The notes beneath the pieces are model-generated. The model was not told where the DNA came from. It did no database searches and saw only the letters and a list, made by a program, of their open reading frames with translations. Shown one piece after another: positions 44,466 to 52,339 of a stretch of DNA of 64,000 bases. The stretch is from NCBI GenBank assembly GCA_003138355.1, contig PLFX01000043.1:53848-117847 (forward strand). The letters are read 5' to 3'. A program made the translations under genes and the position numbers. Origin of the DNA: Solirubrobacterales bacterium (lineage in GTDB: Bacteria; Actinomycetota; Thermoleophilia; Solirubrobacterales; Solirubrobacteraceae). Position 1 is the stretch's first letter. Each line of letters opens with the position of its first letter.

Positions 44466-44491
44466 GTAGCGCTCTGGCACACTGAAACGAG
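44466..44491 (+). repeat. copy A of a 26-nt direct repeat (GTMGCGCTCTGSCACACTGAAAYGAG)
   Basis: gtagcgctctggcacactgaaacgag. Matches copy B at 23 of 26 positions. Lies between the B12 riboswitch and the pduO start. Confidence 0.6.
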
Positions 44492-44495
44492 GACG

Positions 44496-45053
44496 ATGAG
44501 GATCAACCTGACGCGCATCTACACGAAGCTCGGCGACAGCGGCGAGACGCACCTCGGCGACCGCAGCCGCGTGCGAAAGGACGATCCGCGGATCGAGGCT
44601 TACGGGACGGTCGACGAGCTCGGCGCGCAGATCGGCGTCGCGCTCACGCAGCCCGGAATGCCGCCTCCCACCGTCGAGTGGCTGCGGCGGATCCAGAACG
44701 ACCTCTTCGACGTCGGAGCCGACCTCTGTGCCCCCGAGGATGAGCGCGAACGTCTGCGTGTTCAGTCGGCGCAGGTCGAATGGCTCGAAGCGCGCTGCGA
44801 CGAGGTCAACGAAACGCTCGAGCCGCTGCACTCCTTCGTACTCGCGGGCGCGAACGCGGCGTCGGCGTCACTGCACGTGTGCCGGACCGTCTGCCGGCGG
44901 GCCGAGCGCCGCGTTGTCGCGCTCGGGGAGGACGCGAGCCCCGTCGTCCTGCGCTACCTGAACCGGCTGAGCGACCTCTTGTTCATCCTCGCGCGCGACG
45001 CCGCGCGGGGTGAGGAGCTGCTCTGGGAGCCGGGCGCGGGGCGCGAGGCATAG
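44496..45053 (+). CDS. pduO: PduO-type ATP:cob(I)alamin adenosyltransferase
   Basis: ATG at 44496 preceded by 'GAGGA'. 185 aa: 'RIYTKLGDSGETHL...RIEAYGTVDELGAQIG...LFDVGADL...FVLAGANAASASLHVCRTVCRRAER'. Confidence 0.9.
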   Translation: MRINLTRIYTKLGDSGETHLGDRSRVRKDDPRIEAYGTVDELGAQIGVALTQPGMPPPTVEWLRRIQNDLFDVGADLCAPEDERERLRVQSAQVEWLEARCDEVNETLEPLHSFVLAGANAASASLHVCRTVCRRAERRVVALGEDASPVVLRYLNRLSDLLFILARDAARGEELLWEPGAGREA

Positions 45054-45083
45054 CGCGAGCGCGCAGGTCAGCAGTCCGGCGAA

Positions 45084-46064
45084 TCAAACGCTCGGGCCAC
45101 CGGCGAGCAGCTCGCGCAGCCACCGCACCTGCGCCTGCTCGTGGAATGGCCCGCCGCCTTCGTGCTCGTTGTAGGAGTAGACGAGGATCGACTTCGGCCC
45201 GCCGTAGGCGTTGTAGGCAGCGAAAACAGTCGACGGCGGGGTTATCTCGTCCATCAGGCCAACCGAGAACAGCGCCGGCGCGCTCGCTCGCCGGCCAAGC
45301 GTCACGCAGTCGAAGTAGGAGAGCGTCTCGAAGACGCGCTCCTCGTGGTCACGGTGAACCTTGAGGTAATGCGTGATCTCGGTATAGGGCGCCTGCGGCG
45401 TGATCGCAACCGCGCGCGGGAAGTCGCACAGGAAAGGCACGTCAGGGAGCGCGGCGAAGATCTCCGGCACGAGCCCCGCGACGGCGAGCGTCATCCCCCC
45501 GCCCTGACTGCCGCCGGTAACGGCGATCCGCGAACGGTCCACGGCCTCGTGCGCGCTGACCGCGTCCACCGCGCGGACCGCATCGACGAACACGCGCCGG
45601 TAGTAGTACCCGTGCGGATCGAGGATGCCCTGGGTCATGAACCCGGGATGCGCGGGCGGCGAGCCGACCGGGTCTGCGGTGTCGCCGGTCGACCAGCCGC
45701 TGCCCTGCCCACGCGTGTCCACGACGAGATGCGCGTAGCCGGCTGCCGCCCACAGAATCGACTCGTGAGCGAGCCCGCGCCCACCGCCATAGCCCTGGAA
45801 CTGAACGACCGCCGGAAGTGGCTCGGTGCTTGCGGCTGGCAGGTGCAGCCACGCGTGAACGCGATGGCCGTCGAACCCGCTGAAGGTGACGTCCCACGTT
45901 CGCACCGCGACGAGGCCGCTATCGATCGGCGCAAGCTCAACGGCGAGCTCGTGCGAGCGCGCCAGCGCGAGCGTTTCAGCCCAGAAGGCGTCGAAATCAG
46001 CGGGCTCCGGAAGGACGGGGGCGTACCGGCGCAACGCATCGAGCGGGAAGTCGTAGGTGGGCAC
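45084..46064 (-). CDS. acetylxylan esterase / cephalosporin-C deacetylase (CE7 family)
   Basis: 326 aa. Contains 'PADFDAFW', 'DVTFSGFDGHRVHAWLHLP', the nucleophile elbow 'VTGGSQGGGM', and C-terminal 'NEHEGG'. Confidence 0.88.
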   Translation of the reverse strand: MPTYDFPLDALRRYAPVLPEPADFDAFWAETLALARSHELAVELAPIDSGLVAVRTWDVTFSGFDGHRVHAWLHLPAASTEPLPAVVQFQGYGGGRGLAHESILWAAAGYAHLVVDTRGQGSGWSTGDTADPVGSPPAHPGFMTQGILDPHGYYYRRVFVDAVRAVDAVSAHEAVDRSRIAVTGGSQGGGMTLAVAGLVPEIFAALPDVPFLCDFPRAVAITPQAPYTEITHYLKVHRDHEERVFETLSYFDCVTLGRRASAPALFSVGLMDEITPPSTVFAAYNAYGGPKSILVYSYNEHEGGGPFHEQAQVRWLRELLAGGPSV

Positions 46065-46144
46065 CGCTGCAGCCTAGTAGCCCGCGTCACACCGGCGGTC
46101 CGCGCCACCCTCTCTTTCTATACGCGATCTACGCCAGCGGCGTG

Positions 46145-46170
46145 GTCGCGCTCTGCCACACTGAAATGAG
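46145..46170 (+). repeat. copy B of the same 26-nt direct repeat
   Basis: gtcgcgctctgccacactgaaatgag. Lies between the CE7 esterase start and the collagen-like gene start. Confidence 0.6.
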
Positions 46171-46188
46171 CTGGAACTAGCGTCGAAA

Positions 46189-46815
46189 GTGAGGCTCTGC
46201 GAGATGTGGCAACGGCGCCGGGGGCCCAAGCCCCCCAACACGACAACCTTGGTGGCATACATCGCCCTGTTCCTATCGATCGCGGGCGGCACCGCCTTCG
46301 CTGCCCGCCACTACCTCATCACTTCGAAGAGTCAGATCAGCCCGAAAGTGCGGAAGGCGTTGCGTGGCACGCGCGGCCCAGCCGGACCTACGGGGTTGAC
46401 GGGCGCGACTGGCGTGCCCGGCGCAACTGGCGCGACCGGCGCTCTCGGCGTTGCACTTCCGGGCGGTGAGACAGAAACCGGCGTCTTCTTTGCCGAAGCG
46501 ACCGCGACGTCGTCAGCAGAAATTGCCTCCACATCGATTTCTTTTCCGGTACCGCTCGAAAAAGCGCCAACGCCAACGCTCGTCACCTCGGGGACGACTG
46601 CTAACTGCCAAGGCTCGGCGACCAAGCCGACTGCGTCGGCGGGCTACCTCTGCGTCTATGTTGGCACCACAACGAACGTTGCAGTAAGCGGCATCTACGA
46701 CCCTTACGGCGGAAACGCCGGCACTGCGAGTGCATACGGTGCTGGTGTCGTCATTGATAGCGCTGGCACCGGAAACTTCGATACGGACGGTACCTGGGCT
46801 GTGACGGCCCCGTAG
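46189..46815 (+). CDS. membrane-anchored collagen-like triple-helix-repeat protein
   Basis: 208 aa. TM segment 'LVAYIALFLSIAGGTAFA', followed by 9-10 uninterrupted G-X-Y triplets 'GTRGPAGPTGLTGATGVPGATGATGALG', then a C-terminal domain of about 120 aa rich in Thr, Ser, Gly and Ala. Confidence 0.65.
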   Translation: MRLCEMWQRRRGPKPPNTTTLVAYIALFLSIAGGTAFAARHYLITSKSQISPKVRKALRGTRGPAGPTGLTGATGVPGATGATGALGVALPGGETETGVFFAEATATSSAEIASTSISFPVPLEKAPTPTLVTSGTTANCQGSATKPTASAGYLCVYVGTTTNVAVSGIYDPYGGNAGTASAYGAGVVIDSAGTGNFDTDGTWAVTAP

Positions 46816-46981
46816 CGACTGTCATCGCACCCACGGGGCCGCGGTCCGAGCCGAGTGTCGCCTCCGGTCGAATCGAGTAGCGCGGCGTAACGAGGGTTAT
46901 CGCGCGTAGTTGCCGTCGGGCGCGACGCGTATTGGAACGGGCTGGCAGGCTCCCCTCCTGCCGTGGCCCGTTCTGGCAGAT

Positions 46982-47158
46982 CTACTGCCCAAGCGCGTTG
47001 TAGTGCGCGCAGTTCTTGCAGAGGTCGCGGTTGACGCCCTTCCCTTCGACCTTATGGCCGTCGCGGATGATGCGTGCTCCGTCGCCGCACTTCGCATTGT
47101 TGTGGTAGACGGGATGCGACTCGGCTTCGCTCGTGTGAAACGGGTTGCAGTAAGGCAT
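46982..47158 (-). CDS. small Cys-rich protein (58 aa), unknown function
   Basis: ATG at 47158 with an AGGAG 7 nt upstream. Sequence: 'MPYCNPFHTSEAESHPVYHNNAKCGDGARIIRDGHKVEGKGVNRDLCKNCAHYNALGQ'. Carries C4, C27 and C51xxC54. Confidence 0.5.
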   Translation of the reverse strand: MPYCNPFHTSEAESHPVYHNNAKCGDGARIIRDGHKVEGKGVNRDLCKNCAHYNALGQ

Positions 47159-47393
47159 TGCAGACTCCTGTGATCCGGGATGAGTCTTCGCTTCGCCCGC
47201 CGAGGTTGGGCGAACACGTGTACGTAGCAAAAGCTACGCTCGCGCGAGGACAGAACCGGGCCGTCCAGCTCGCCCGGTAGCTTGCGCCGCGTCATCCGGG
47301 AACACGCGGGGCCGTTGGCGCGCTCCCCTGAGTTCGGTCCGGTGCTTGTGAGAGTTCTACCGGCCCTGTTGAAATGGGCGGAGGAGAACTCGG

Positions 47394-47672
47394 ATGAAGG
47401 GTCGTCGGCATACGCCGGAGCAGGTTGTTCGGAAGTTGCGGGAGGCCGACAGGCTGCTCGCGGAGGGCAGGTCGCTTCCCGAGGTCGCGAAGGCGCTCGA
47501 GGTGTCGGAGAACACGTTTCACCGGTGGCGCGCGCAGTACGGCGGGATGAAGGCCGACGATGTGAAGCGTTTGAAGGAGCTGGAGCGCGAGAACGTGACG
47601 TTGAAGCGGATCGTCGCGAACAAGGAGGTGGAGATCGAGGGGCTGAAGGAGATCGCGAAGGGAAACTGGTGA
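47394..47672 (+). CDS. IS3 family transposase OrfA (HTH)
   Basis: 92 aa. 'HTPEQVVRKLREADRLLAEGRSLPEVAKALEVSENTFHRWRAQYGGM' plus a leucine-zipper-like 'LKELERENVTLKRIVANKEVEIEGLKE'. Confidence 0.9.
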   Translation: MKGRRHTPEQVVRKLREADRLLAEGRSLPEVAKALEVSENTFHRWRAQYGGMKADDVKRLKELERENVTLKRIVANKEVEIEGLKEIAKGNW

Positions 47673-48620
47673 GCCCGTCGCGCCGGCGCCAGGCGGTCCT
47701 GATGCTTGTGGATCGTCTTGGTGTGTCGGAGCGGCGGGCGTGTCAGATCGCGGGTCAGCATCGCTCGACGCAGCGTCGCGAGCCGTGCATCGCGCCGGAT
47801 GACGCGGCGTTGCGTGCGCGCTTGCGCGAGATCTCCGCTGAGCGGCCCAGGTGGGGCTACCGTCGCGCGCACCAGCTGCTGCTCGACGACGGCTGGTCGT
47901 TGAATCGCAAGCGCACACAGCGGCTGTGGCGCGAGGAAGGCCTGAGAGTCCCGCAGCGGCGCCGCAAGCGCCAGCGCCTGGGCACCTCGACGGTGCCGGC
48001 GAGCCGGCTGCGAGCAGAGCGCCCCGATCACGTGTGGGCGTTGGACTTCCAGTTCGACCAGACCGCTGACGGGCGGATCCTCAAGCTGTTGCACATCGTC
48101 GACGAGTTCACCCGGGAGGCGCTGGCAATGGAGTGCCACCGGCGCATCGACGCTGACGGTCGCGACGCTCGAGCGGCTCGTCCAGGCCCGTGGCCGCGCC
48201 CCGCAGTTCATTCGCTGCGACAACGGGCCCGAGCTCACCGCGAACGCGCTGCGCGACTGGTGCCGTTTCGCGAAGACCGGGACCGCCTACATCGAGCCCG
48301 GCTCGCCGTGGCAGAACCCCTACGTCGAGTCGTTCAACTCCAGGGTTCGCGACGAGCTGCTCGCCGTCGAGCAGTTCAGCTGCCTCGCCGAGGCCAAGGT
48401 CCTCGTCGCCGACTGGCAAGAGGACTACAACCACCACCGGCCCCACTCGGCGCTCGCGATGATGGCCCCGGCCCGGTTCGCGACCGCCTGGAAGAGGGCC
48501 CAGCAGGACGCGCCCGCTGCCTCGCTCCGCTCGCCGCTACGCGGCTTCGCTCCGCGAGGCAGCGGCGCTAACGTTCACCCAACTACCAACCACCAACTCT
48601 CACAACAGGTGGACCGATGA
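47660..48620 (+). pseudogene. IS3 family transposase OrfB (rve/DDE), disrupted by an extra frameshift
   Basis: The -1 frame downstream of slippery G_GGA_AAC (47660-47666) reads '...RPRWGYRRAHQLL...PDHVWALDFQFDQTADGRILKLLHIVDEFTREALAMECHRRIDAD'. From about 48150 the homology continues in a different frame: 'TLERLVQARGRAPQFIRCDNGPELTANAL...GSPWQNPYVESFNSRVRDELL...YNHHRPHSAL', ending at 48620. Confidence 0.8.
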
Positions 48621-48734
48621 ACGGGGTCCGCGCGCCGTCCCTCGCCCGCCAACGCTTTCGGGACGGCCCCGCACGAATCCTCAATCGCTGGCGGGCGGTT
48701 TGAGCGAGCCGCGGCTGGTGTCGATACGAGCCAC

Positions 48735-49568
48735 GTGATCCGGATCAGCTACGCGGCTCGGTCGGGCGCAGGTCGGTACGCGACTGACCGCTACGTCGCA
48801 GGTTTAAGGACGTGGCGACGGAGCATTCGCCGCATCGCGTTGCCACTACTCGCGCCGGTCTTCGTTTCCGGCCTCGTCCTTGCGTTCATTGCGCGCGATC
48901 AGCTGGCGTGGTGTGCCGGGTTCATGGTGGGCGCGTCAGCGGCCATATACTTGCTCGTCCGTGACCAGCCTCCCGAGTTCGTCGAGAAGTGGCGCCGCGG
49001 CGCCGAGGGGGAACGCGCGACCGCCCGCGTGCTCGGGCCGCTGCGACGCGAGGGCTGGCAGCTGTTCCACGATCTCGACACCGGCCACGGCAACCGTGAC
49101 CACGTCGCGATCGGACCGACAGGCGTGTACCTGCTGGACTCCAAGAAGCTGTCCGGCACTGTCGCAGTCGACGGCGATGCGATCCGCGCTATTCACCGCG
49201 ACTATCCTCGCGACGACTATTCGCTCGACCGCGTAGGGACGTGGATGCGTGGCGAGGCAGCGCGGCTCAAGAGCGAGATCGAGACGGCCACTGGCGAGCG
49301 CGTGTGGGTCCAAGCAGTCGTCGTCGTATGGGGGCACTTCCCCGACCAGCGCGTCGACGGTGATCGAGTGACGTTTCTGCACGGCGACGTCTTATCGGAC
49401 TGGCTACGCGAACACCCAGGACGCCTGTCTGCGGCAGCGCGCCAGAAGGTGGCCACCGCGCTGCAGCGTCCGTCCGCTTCAAGCCAGCCTGCAAAACCAA
49501 GCGGCAGCCACCAGCGGAACGCACCCGGCCGCGCGTCGCCAACCATCGGTCCGCAACACCGCACCTGA
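48735..49568 (+). CDS. membrane-anchored NERD (nuclease-related) domain protein
   Basis: 277 aa. Two N-terminal TM segments, then 'GAEGERATARVLGPLRREGWQLFHDLDTGHGNRDHVAIGPTGVYLLDSKKLSG', the NERD D/E...K core. Confidence 0.75.
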   Translation: MIRISYAARSGAGRYATDRYVAGLRTWRRSIRRIALPLLAPVFVSGLVLAFIARDQLAWCAGFMVGASAAIYLLVRDQPPEFVEKWRRGAEGERATARVLGPLRREGWQLFHDLDTGHGNRDHVAIGPTGVYLLDSKKLSGTVAVDGDAIRAIHRDYPRDDYSLDRVGTWMRGEAARLKSEIETATGERVWVQAVVVVWGHFPDQRVDGDRVTFLHGDVLSDWLREHPGRLSAAARQKVATALQRPSASSQPAKPSGSHQRNAPGRASPTIGPQHRT

Positions 49569-49595
49569 CGCGCCCGCAGCCCGATCACTACTTTG

Positions 49596-50600
49596 TCAGT
49601 GAGGGCGAGTGAACGCCGGCATGATCTCGGTGGAGAACCGCCGGATGCTCCGCCTGGTGGTCTCTCCGCCGTGAAGCAGGACGTGCTGGACGCCGACCGC
49701 GCGCAAGGCTTCGAGTTCTAAAGCGATTCGGTCGGGCGTACCGTAGAGCGCGCTTGCCTCAGTCGCACCGGGTGCGCCGGCATAGGCCGTGATGTGCGAC
49801 TGATTGCGCCCGTCCGGATGCCGGGATAGAGCGACCATGCCAGCGTGCGCCTGCGCTAGTCGCGCCAGCGCCGTCTGCGTATCGACGGCGTCGCGGGCAA
49901 CGTAGAGGTTGCGTGCGACCGCGATGTCCATAGGGTCGAACGTGCGGCCGCGCGCCTCGCATTCGGCTCTGAATAGCGCGAGGCGCTCGCCAACGGTTTC
50001 AGTTGATGCGAACTGGTCGAGCAGCAGTTTGCTGCCGCGTGCGGCGACGTTGCGTATCGAATCCGGTTTGCCAGCGGCGATCCAAACTGGCGGATGCGGC
50101 TTTTGCGAAGTAGGAGGCTCGACGATGATGTCTTCGTACTGCCAGAAGCGGCCGTTGTGCGAGAACCGCGCGTTGGATGTCCAGGCCTTGATGATGACCC
50201 CCAGCGCCTCCTCGAAGCGCGCCTGCGCCTCCTCGTAGGGCATGCAGAAGCCGGCGAACTCGGAGTGGCGATAGCCCTTGCCGACGCCGAACTCCAAACG
50301 CCCGCCGGACATCAGATCGAGTGTCGCTGCCCGCTCGGCGAGCAGCACCGGATCGTGCCAGGGCAGGACGATGACCGCTGTACCAAGCCGCATCGTTGTC
50401 GTGCGCGCGGCCACCCATGCAAGCAAGTCGAGCGAGGCGGACACCTGCCCGAGGTCGCTGAAGTGGTGCTCAACCAGGAAGCTCGAATCGAACCCGAGCG
50501 CCTCGGCCTCGACGCACGTGTCGACGTAATCCCGCAAGCCTCGCGCCGGATCGCCGTCCCCACGTCGCGCCTGGGCGCCGCCGAACAGGCCGAACCGCAT
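49596..50600 (-). CDS. LLM-class (luciferase-like) flavin/F420-dependent oxidoreductase
   Basis: Start placed at ATG 50600 (MRFGLFGG...). Contains 'GFDSSFLVEHHF' and 'MSGGRLEFGVGKGY'. Confidence 0.85.
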   Translation of the reverse strand: MRFGLFGGAQARRGDGDPARGLRDYVDTCVEAEALGFDSSFLVEHHFSDLGQVSASLDLLAWVAARTTTMRLGTAVIVLPWHDPVLLAERAATLDLMSGGRLEFGVGKGYRHSEFAGFCMPYEEAQARFEEALGVIIKAWTSNARFSHNGRFWQYEDIIVEPPTSQKPHPPVWIAAGKPDSIRNVAARGSKLLLDQFASTETVGERLALFRAECEARGRTFDPMDIAVARNLYVARDAVDTQTALARLAQAHAGMVALSRHPDGRNQSHITAYAGAPGATEASALYGTPDRIALELEALRAVGVQHVLLHGGETTRRSIRRFSTEIMPAFTRPH

Positions 50601-51040
50601 GCGTCCACGTTTCGGAGATGTCTCGTGTCCGACTGCGATCGCAGTCAGATCGTGGATAGGGTCAAGCGGGGCAGATGAGCTCACGGTGGACAGTCTCCTC
50701 GGGAAGCCGCGGCGATAGCCGCAGCAGCTGGACGCAACTCGACGGCCGCTGAGAGCCGTCGGAAGGGAGGGCTATCTGACGCTTGGGTGCGTCAGATCCG
50801 AGGTACTCGCCAGCCCAAGCCGAACAGCAGGGCCGGGGCAACACCAGGGCGGTACATAGCCATCATCGTATCGACCACGAGGCGGGGTCACCGCTCACGC
50901 GGGAAACTCGGCGTCCCCGATCCAGCCGCGTCTTACCGCGCCATTTGCGGCATCGCTACGAACGCGTCCTCACGGTCGTCCAGGCCGAGAGTTGCAAGAT
51001 GGACGAGGACGAGGAGCAAGCGTCCGCGAGGCAGGCTCAG

Positions 51041-52312
51041 TCAGGCCGGTCCGCCGGGTATTGGGAACCCGCTCGTGAGTTCGCGGATCTCGCTGGCGAT
51101 CCGCTCGATCGTTGTCTCGTCTTGACGCTTGGCGGCTTCGATGCCTTCGTCGATCCAGCGCGCGATCTGTCGCATCTCGGGCTCGGTCATTCCGCGTGTC
51201 GTCGCCGCGGGCGTGCCTAGCCGCATGCCGGATGGGTCGAACGGCTTGCGCGGGTCGAACGGGACGGTGTTGTAGTTGGTTGTGATGCGCGCGCGATCCA
51301 GTGCCTTGGCGGCTATCTTGCCGGAGACCTGTTTGTTGGTGAGGTCGATCAGGATCAGGTGGTTGTCGGTCCCGCCGGAGACGAGATCAAACCCGCGACC
51401 GGTGAGAGCGGCGGCGAGCGCTTTAGCGTTCGCGACGACCTGTCGGGCGTAGCCGGCGAACTCTGGTCGCCGTGCTTCTTCGAGTGCGACAGCGATCGCT
51501 GCGGTCGTGTTGTTGTGCGGTCCACCCTGAAGGCCGGGGAAGACGGCACGATCGATCGCGGACGCGTGGTCTGCTGCGCACATCAGGATCGCGCCGCGTG
51601 GCCCGCGCAACGTCTTGTGTGTGGTTGTCGAGACGACTTCGGCGTGCCCGACCGGTGAGGCGTGAACGCCGCCGGCGATCAGTCCGGCGATGTGAGCGAT
51701 GTCGGCAACAAGGATCGCGTCGACCTCCCTGGCGATCTCGGCGAACGCTGCGAACTCGATCGCGCGCGGGATCGCGGTGCCGCCACAGAAGATCAGCTTC
51801 GGGCGCTCACGACGCGCGAGTGCTCGGACCTCATCAAGCTCGACCCGCCCGGTGTCCCGGTTCACCCCGTAGGACACGGAGCGAAACCACTTGCCCGTCA
51901 GCGACACGTTCCAGCCGTGGGTGAGGTGGCCGCCCATCGGCAGCGACATCCCCATCACCGTGTCGCCCGGCTCCAGGTAGGCGAGGTAGATCGCGAGGTT
52001 CGCCGGCGAACCGGAGTACGGCTGGACATTCGCATGCTCGACTCCGAACAGCTGCTTGGCGCGCTCGATCGCGAGAGGCTCAAGCCGGTCCACTACCTGC
52101 TGGCCCTCGTAGTAGCGTCGGCCCGCGTAGCCCTCCGAGTACTTGTTCGTGAACACGCTTCCCACCGCCTCAAGCACCGCGCGTGACACGTAGTTCTCAG
52201 ACGGGATCAGCGAGATCGTCCCCGACTGCCGCTCGAACTCCTCACCAATCAACCCGGCCAGCACCGGATCGGTGCCGTCAAGAGAACGATCCACCGACGC
52301 AATCACAGTCAT
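51041..52312 (-). CDS. glyA: serine hydroxymethyltransferase
   Basis: Start placed at ATG 52312. Contains 'LIPSENYVSRAVLEA', 'NKYSEGYAGRRYY', and the PLP-lysine region 'VVSTTTHKTLRGPRG'. Confidence 0.95.
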   Translation of the reverse strand: MTVIASVDRSLDGTDPVLAGLIGEEFERQSGTISLIPSENYVSRAVLEAVGSVFTNKYSEGYAGRRYYEGQQVVDRLEPLAIERAKQLFGVEHANVQPYSGSPANLAIYLAYLEPGDTVMGMSLPMGGHLTHGWNVSLTGKWFRSVSYGVNRDTGRVELDEVRALARRERPKLIFCGGTAIPRAIEFAAFAEIAREVDAILVADIAHIAGLIAGGVHASPVGHAEVVSTTTHKTLRGPRGAILMCAADHASAIDRAVFPGLQGGPHNNTTAAIAVALEEARRPEFAGYARQVVANAKALAAALTGRGFDLVSGGTDNHLILIDLTNKQVSGKIAAKALDRARITTNYNTVPFDPRKPFDPSGMRLGTPAATTRGMTEPEMRQIARWIDEGIEAAKRQDETTIERIASEIRELTSGFPIPGGPA

Positions 52313-52339
52313 GGGCACCTCCCGATCGCTCGTTAGAAG

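Larger units (their letters stand above)
47317..48634 (+). mobile_element. IS3 family insertion sequence (probably inactive copy)
   Basis: orfA and orfB are in the 0/-1 frame arrangement. Imperfect terminal inverted repeats: left '..TGAGTTCGGTCCGGTGCTTGTGAGAGTT' (from about 47329) against the reverse complement of the right end, '..GTTCATCGGTCCACCTGTTGTGAGAGTT' (ending about 48622). The exact ends are uncertain by about 12 bp. Confidence 0.8.

Noticed and set aside
44471-44490. Sigma-54-like 'CTGGCAC' in the pduO upstream repeat.
   Set aside because: The -12 element (TTGC, 4-5 nt downstream) is absent; the sequence reads ACTGAAACG. The second repeat copy has TGCCAC instead of TGGCAC.
46166-46180. 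Four-codon mini-ORF (ATG AGC TGG AAC TAG) inside repeat copy B, as a possible leader peptide.
   Set aside because: There is no SD, the ORF is not conserved in repeat copy A (ACG instead of ATG), and it is too short to evaluate.
50601-51040. A 440-bp gap between the LLM oxidoreductase start and the glyA stop. It contains small hairpins (CTGACGC-ACCCAA-GCGTCAG at 50777-50796 and GACGGC...GCCGTC at 50741-50760) and ORFs of 112-145 aa on the plus strand. I considered a riboswitch or small gene.
   Set aside because: I could not match FMN, SAM, THF or other riboswitch cores. The hairpins lack U-tracts. The ORF translations are Arg/Ser-rich with no recognisable motifs. Left unannotated.
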